From: a virus
Lineage: Duplodnaviria > Caudoviricetes
Virus record (IMG/VR): IMGVR_UViG_3300020043_005149
Span: 1 to 27,652 of that record
DNA: 27,652 bases
Reading direction: 5' to 3' (one strand)
The notes under the pieces are model-generated. The model made no database searches and was not told the origin of the DNA. It saw only the letters and a program-made list of their open reading frames with translations. Shown piece after piece: positions 23,955 through 27,652 of the stretch. Within the stretch, counting starts at the first letter, position 1; each line of letters begins with the position of its first letter. The position numbers and the translations under genes were made by a program.

Positions 23955-24772
23955 CCTTTAACCTTATAAAGTTGTTTCATTGCAAACTCTAGTGCGGGTG
24001 TGCGCCAGAACTCTTTACCAGAATACTTTTCCCAAACTGATTTAGGCAAGATAGAGGGACGTTCTTGCCATGTAACTTCTTTTCTGACTGTGTGCAGACT
24101 TTTCATGTTCAAGGCTTTGTCATACACCTCGTTGTCATACTCAACATTCTTGTAATCGTGTTCGTAATAAGGCTTGCCAATAAACCCATAAATCTCACGC
24201 ATAACGCTCTCAGGCTTTTTGCACAAAGATTCATACTCAACCAACATAATCATGTCAGGGTTTAACAGTAAGCCTTCTTCTAAGAAGTAGTAGGGCTTGA
24301 CCACCTGACCCTCTTTTTTAACATCCATCAAAGCATCGCATCTTGTGGTGACTGTTTGCCTAGCTTCATCATCCGTCAGGCTTGCACCATACAAAGAGTT
24401 TTTGGAAGCAATGCGCTCAAAGCTATCAAGAATCCAAGGCAAATCACGCACACAACAGACAATCTTAGTCTGTGGGTAAAGTTCCTTGAGCAAGGATGTT
24501 TTGGCTGTCCAACCCCTGCTTGTATCAAATACAGTATTGGGACTGACAGATTCATAGTAGGCATTGAACAAAGAGCGTAGGATGCTTTTGCGTCTGTCTT
24601 CATCTATCAAGTGGTTACTCTCGCTACCTGTAATGACATTGATTGTTGATGCAACCAACCCCAATACTGGCGAGGAAATATCTGCATAGAATTCTGGATT
24701 CTGACGCAAGATAGCCGAGAGCAGGGTTGAGCCTGACCTTGGCAAACCAGAGATGAAGAAAAACTCTTTCAT
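23951..24772 (-). CDS. PAPS-dependent sulfotransferase
   Basis: 5'-PSB loop FISGLPRSGSTLL, 3'-PB motif VRDLPWILDS and VEYESLCKKP. ATG 24772 is preferred over 24793. Confidence 0.9.
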   Translation of the reverse strand: MKEFFFISGLPRSGSTLLSAILRQNPEFYADISSPVLGLVASTINVITGSESNHLIDEDRRKSILRSLFNAYYESVSPNTVFDTSRGWTAKTSLLKELYPQTKIVCCVRDLPWILDSFERIASKNSLYGASLTDDEARQTVTTRCDALMDVKKEGQVVKPYYFLEEGLLLNPDMIMLVEYESLCKKPESVMREIYGFIGKPYYEHDYKNVEYDNEVYDKALNMKSLHTVRKEVTWQERPSILPKSVWEKYSGKEFWRTPALEFAMKQLYKVKG

Positions 24773-24774
24773 TC

Positions 24775-25200
24775 TTAAGCCTGTGGAATCCAATTGACTG
24801 TGGCTTCATCCCATTGATAACGCACGTTGCCGCCATTCATAATGGCATCTACAGGTCTTGGTACAGGCGCACTCCAAGTCATTGTGTCTGGGTAACCAAT
24901 CCAAGATGGGTAAGGTCTACGGGCCAAATGTTCAGCGGCTTTAGCGGCGTTGTATTCTTCTTCAGTCAAAACCTGCAACACGCCCGCAATAGTAGTGTCG
25001 GCATCATCATCACAAGTGCCATAGTATTTAGGCGCACGAAGGTATGTGCCTGTTGAGTCTGTGCTAACAGGCCATGTTGAACTGTCATGCCATAAATGAG
25101 CCCAGCCTTTAATTGCTGGCATTGATGGGCCTGTGCGTTGTGGTTCAACTGTGCAAGGTATTTTTGTAACTGCGTCAACTTCGGTAATGCAAATGTACAT
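24775..25200 (-). CDS. Tail-associated hypothetical protein
   Basis: TAAGGAG SD; C-terminal PYPSW...TW.APVP.P...Y.WDE...W motif. Confidence 0.7.
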   Translation of the reverse strand: MYICITEVDAVTKIPCTVEPQRTGPSMPAIKGWAHLWHDSSTWPVSTDSTGTYLRAPKYYGTCDDDADTTIAGVLQVLTEEEYNAAKAAEHLARRPYPSWIGYPDTMTWSAPVPRPVDAIMNGGNVRYQWDEATVNWIPQA

Positions 25201-25220
25201 TGTGGTGCTCCTTATAAAAT

Positions 25221-25970
25221 TTAAACTGCTACTCTGCGAACGGCGCGAACATAACGATAAGAAGATTGTATTTTATTGGCATAAGTTTGTTGTCCTGTTG
25301 AAAATGATTGCATGGAGCCCGTGTAAGGAGCGCCAATTCCTTGCGTACTTGACCAATAAAATGCGCTTGAAAATGATTCTGAATTTCCTGTTTGGAAAAT
25401 GGCCGCAGATGTTTGGGCGGGTGTTCCGGATGTGTAACTACTAGCCCTTGCTGGAACAGCATTAGCATTTATTCCTGACGCTGTAGAATTACCAGCAGTT
25501 GTTGGTTTTAAATTGTAATAACAAACTTCTAATTCATTTAAAGCTGGCATATACCAATCTGTGAAACCGCCCACATTAACCGCTTCACAAAATTGTGCCG
25601 CCGGATATAAGGCACTATTCATTGTTGCACTATTTGCAGGGCCGTTAATTACAGAAGTTGGATCGCCTGTAGTACCCGTTGTTTTCCATTGAACCGGTGT
25701 TGTTTGACCAGAAGAACGAGGCGCAATCACCAAGTTGTAATCAGCCACACTGTTTCCTGCCGTTGAAATTTGTCCAGCATAATAGCCGCCTTGGTAGGCT
25801 TGACCAATCACTAAGGGAGCAGAATTTCCCGCAGTAGGCCACAGACCTTGCTTCTTAAACTGCATGGCTTGGTCAAGTGTCCATACACCTTTTGCCGTGC
25901 TTGTGTCATACGGCCCAGATGGAAGTGGTGGACTCTTTGTGATAAACCCGCCTGGATATTTTTGGCTCAT
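25221..25970 (-). CDS. DUF1566/Lcl (C-type-lectin-fold) virion protein, paralog 3
   Basis: GFTDWYMPALNEL, YWSSTQ and VRAVRR. Confidence 0.85.
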   Translation of the reverse strand: MSQKYPGGFITKSPPLPSGPYDTSTAKGVWTLDQAMQFKKQGLWPTAGNSAPLVIGQAYQGGYYAGQISTAGNSVADYNLVIAPRSSGQTTPVQWKTTGTTGDPTSVINGPANSATMNSALYPAAQFCEAVNVGGFTDWYMPALNELEVCYYNLKPTTAGNSTASGINANAVPARASSYTSGTPAQTSAAIFQTGNSESFSSAFYWSSTQGIGAPYTGSMQSFSTGQQTYANKIQSSYRYVRAVRRVAV

Positions 25971-25979
25971 GGTTGTTCC

Positions 25980-26654
25980 TTAGACAGGGACTCTGCGGAT
26001 AGCACGAACACGAAGAGAATAGGTTTTACCTGTATCATTTTGAAAACCATTAGAAAATGTTTGATACTCAGCGGCAAAAGGTTTTGCACCGCCAACCTGA
26101 GTGCTAGACCAATATTGAGGCGTTGAAAATGCTTCAGAACCTCCAGTTTGAAAAATAGTTACAGAGGTTTGAACAGGATCTCCCGATGTGTAATTACTTG
26201 CTCTTGCAGGTACAGCGTTGGGGTTTATTCCAGAAGATGTGTTGTTTGCACCTGTTGTTGGCTTCAAGTTGTAATAGCAAACTTCTAATTCGTTTTTAGC
26301 TGGCATATACCAATCGCTAAATCCACCAACAGTTAAATTGTCGCAAAATTGCCCACAAGGGTGTGCTGCCGCACCAGCCGCAATCATTGCTGCCGTGTTT
26401 GCTGGGCCATTAATAACTGAATCTGTTCCAGTTGTTAAATCAGAGGAAGTTTTCCATGAATTTTGAGTTTGACCAGATGACAGAGGTGCAACAACTAAAT
26501 AATGCGTTGCAACACTGCTTACACCAATTTGACCAGCGTAATACCCGCCACCATAAGCCTGACCAATAGTCGTTGGAGGAGGGCTAGGCCAAGTGCCAGC
26601 CGCTATAGCTTGCATCTGAGCCTGTAAAGTAAAAACACCTGAGTAACTTGGCAT
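25980..26654 (-). CDS. DUF1566/Lcl virion protein, paralog 2
   Basis: GFSDWYMPAKNEL, YWSSTQ and VRAIRR. Confidence 0.85.
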   Translation of the reverse strand: MPSYSGVFTLQAQMQAIAAGTWPSPPPTTIGQAYGGGYYAGQIGVSSVATHYLVVAPLSSGQTQNSWKTSSDLTTGTDSVINGPANTAAMIAAGAAAHPCGQFCDNLTVGGFSDWYMPAKNELEVCYYNLKPTTGANNTSSGINPNAVPARASNYTSGDPVQTSVTIFQTGGSEAFSTPQYWSSTQVGGAKPFAAEYQTFSNGFQNDTGKTYSLRVRAIRRVPV

Positions 26655-26662
26655 ATATTTCC

Positions 26663-27571
26663 TTAGACTGCTACTCTGCGAACTGCTCGGACACGATAGG
26701 AACTTACTTTAAAATAGGCATACTGTTGGCCGTTAATAAAGTACTGCCTCCATGCAGTCGTTGCAGAATTTTCTGTACTAGACCAGTAAGGGGGAGAGGT
26801 CGCAAAGTCTTCTGCACCTGTGCTTTGAAAATCAGTAGCAGAAGTTTGTGCTGGTGTTCCAGCTGTGTAGTTAGATGCTCTTGCAGGGACTGCATTTGCA
26901 TTTATGCCAGATGATGTACTGTTGCTTGCTGTTGTAGGTTTTAAGTTGTAGTAACACACTTCTAACTCGTTCTTGGCTGGCATGTACCAGTCTGTAAACC
27001 CACCAATAGTTAAGCCTTCACAGAATTGCGCTGCGGGGTGGGTTACATCATTCATCGCTGCGCTGTTAGCTGGCCCGTCAATCACTGATGAAGTGCCAGC
27101 AGTTGATGTGTTTACTATTTTCCATTGCAACGTGCTTTGAGCAGATGCTACAGGGCCAACAACTAAATTGTAGTCAGCTACGCTGTTACCCGCAGTAGAG
27201 ATTTGGCCAGCAAAGAATCCACCGCCAAAAGCCCCGCCAATAGCAGGCAATGTTGTTACAGAGTTACTTGCCGCACTTAAAGCACTAGGCCCATAACTGT
27301 TTGTCGCAAAAACTTTAAATGTGTAAGCTGTGCCGCCAGATAAGCCGCTAACAGTAACGGGGGAAGATGCCGCAGTGCCTGTAAACCCGCCTGGACTTGA
27401 AACTGCTGTGTATGACGTAATTGCAGAACCACCAATGTCAGAGGGCGCAGTAAAAGCTACAGATGCGGAACTTGCACCTGATAACGTAGCCGTACCAATG
27501 GTAGGCGCATTAGGGTTCTTTAGCGGGTTAAAAAATGCGGAGATAAACCCAGCAGCGTAACGCATGGACAT
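26663..27571 (-). CDS. Fibronectin type III + DUF1566/Lcl virion protein, paralog 1
   Basis: FN3 segment APTIGTAT...VAFTAP..IGGSAITSY...VSGL..GTAYTFKVFATN; then DWYMPAKNEL, YWSSTE and VRAVRR. Confidence 0.87.
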   Translation of the reverse strand: MSMRYAAGFISAFFNPLKNPNAPTIGTATLSGASSASVAFTAPSDIGGSAITSYTAVSSPGGFTGTAASSPVTVSGLSGGTAYTFKVFATNSYGPSALSAASNSVTTLPAIGGAFGGGFFAGQISTAGNSVADYNLVVGPVASAQSTLQWKIVNTSTAGTSSVIDGPANSAAMNDVTHPAAQFCEGLTIGGFTDWYMPAKNELEVCYYNLKPTTASNSTSSGINANAVPARASNYTAGTPAQTSATDFQSTGAEDFATSPPYWSSTENSATTAWRQYFINGQQYAYFKVSSYRVRAVRRVAV

Positions 27572-27580
27572 TGTGAGTCC

Positions 27581-27652
27581 TTATGTTATTTCTTCAAAAC
27601 TAATTGTAGCAACCAAGTCACCAGCCGTGCCAGCAATTGCACCAATTGATTG
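27581..27652 (-). CDS. C-terminal end of an upstream structural gene (...QSIGAIAGTAGDLVATISFEEIT*)
   Basis: Frame open to the window edge; its stop overlaps the TAAGGA SD of the next gene. Confidence 0.65.
   Translation of the reverse strand, partial: QSIGAIAGTAGDLVATISFEEIT

Noticed and set aside
25221-27571. Complete diversity-generating retroelement
   Set aside because: No reverse transcriptase, accessory gene or non-coding template repeat is in the window, and the paralog 3' ends differ by indels and at all base types.
1-27652. Stop-codon reassignment or integrated prophage boundary
   Set aside because: Genes are intact and tightly packed under the standard code, and no host genes, integrase or att site are visible.

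Overview
A 27.7 kb segment of a tailed dsDNA bacteriophage. It is probably a podovirus-like freshwater phage, and a betaproteobacterial host is my inference. No tRNA, rRNA, CRISPR array, integrase or transposase is visible. Layout: (1) 1-5450, + strand: replication/nin-type module with the 3' end of an initiator gene carrying 7-bp repeats, a C5 DNA methyltransferase with a nested +1-frame ORF, RusA, a DUF1364-type nuclease and a ferritin-like protein. (2) 5450-5870: two convergent terminators around an ATAATC repeat tract. (3) 5875-7880, - strand: AT-rich 'early' genes (GP88-like and small ORFs), strongly depleted of CAG/CTG and ending at an apparent rearrangement junction next to a structured RNA element. 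(4) 8340-11110: divergent operons with Sak/SSB recombination genes, a second structured RNA, a wHTH protein and a MazG-like protein. (5) 11104-27652, - strand: late operon with lysis genes, ejection/internal virion proteins, a tail fibre with a Peptidase_S74 chaperone, a tail hub protein, a GT2-TPR / APS-kinase::HxGH-nucleotidyltransferase / sulfotransferase cluster, and three DUF1566 (C-type-lectin-fold) paralogs. The best candidates for new biology are the putative PAPS-producing glyco-sulfation module in the tail operon, the dual-coding and possibly multi-TRD methyltransferase, and the CAG/CTG-free early block. All family assignments come from motif recognition by eye, without database searches.
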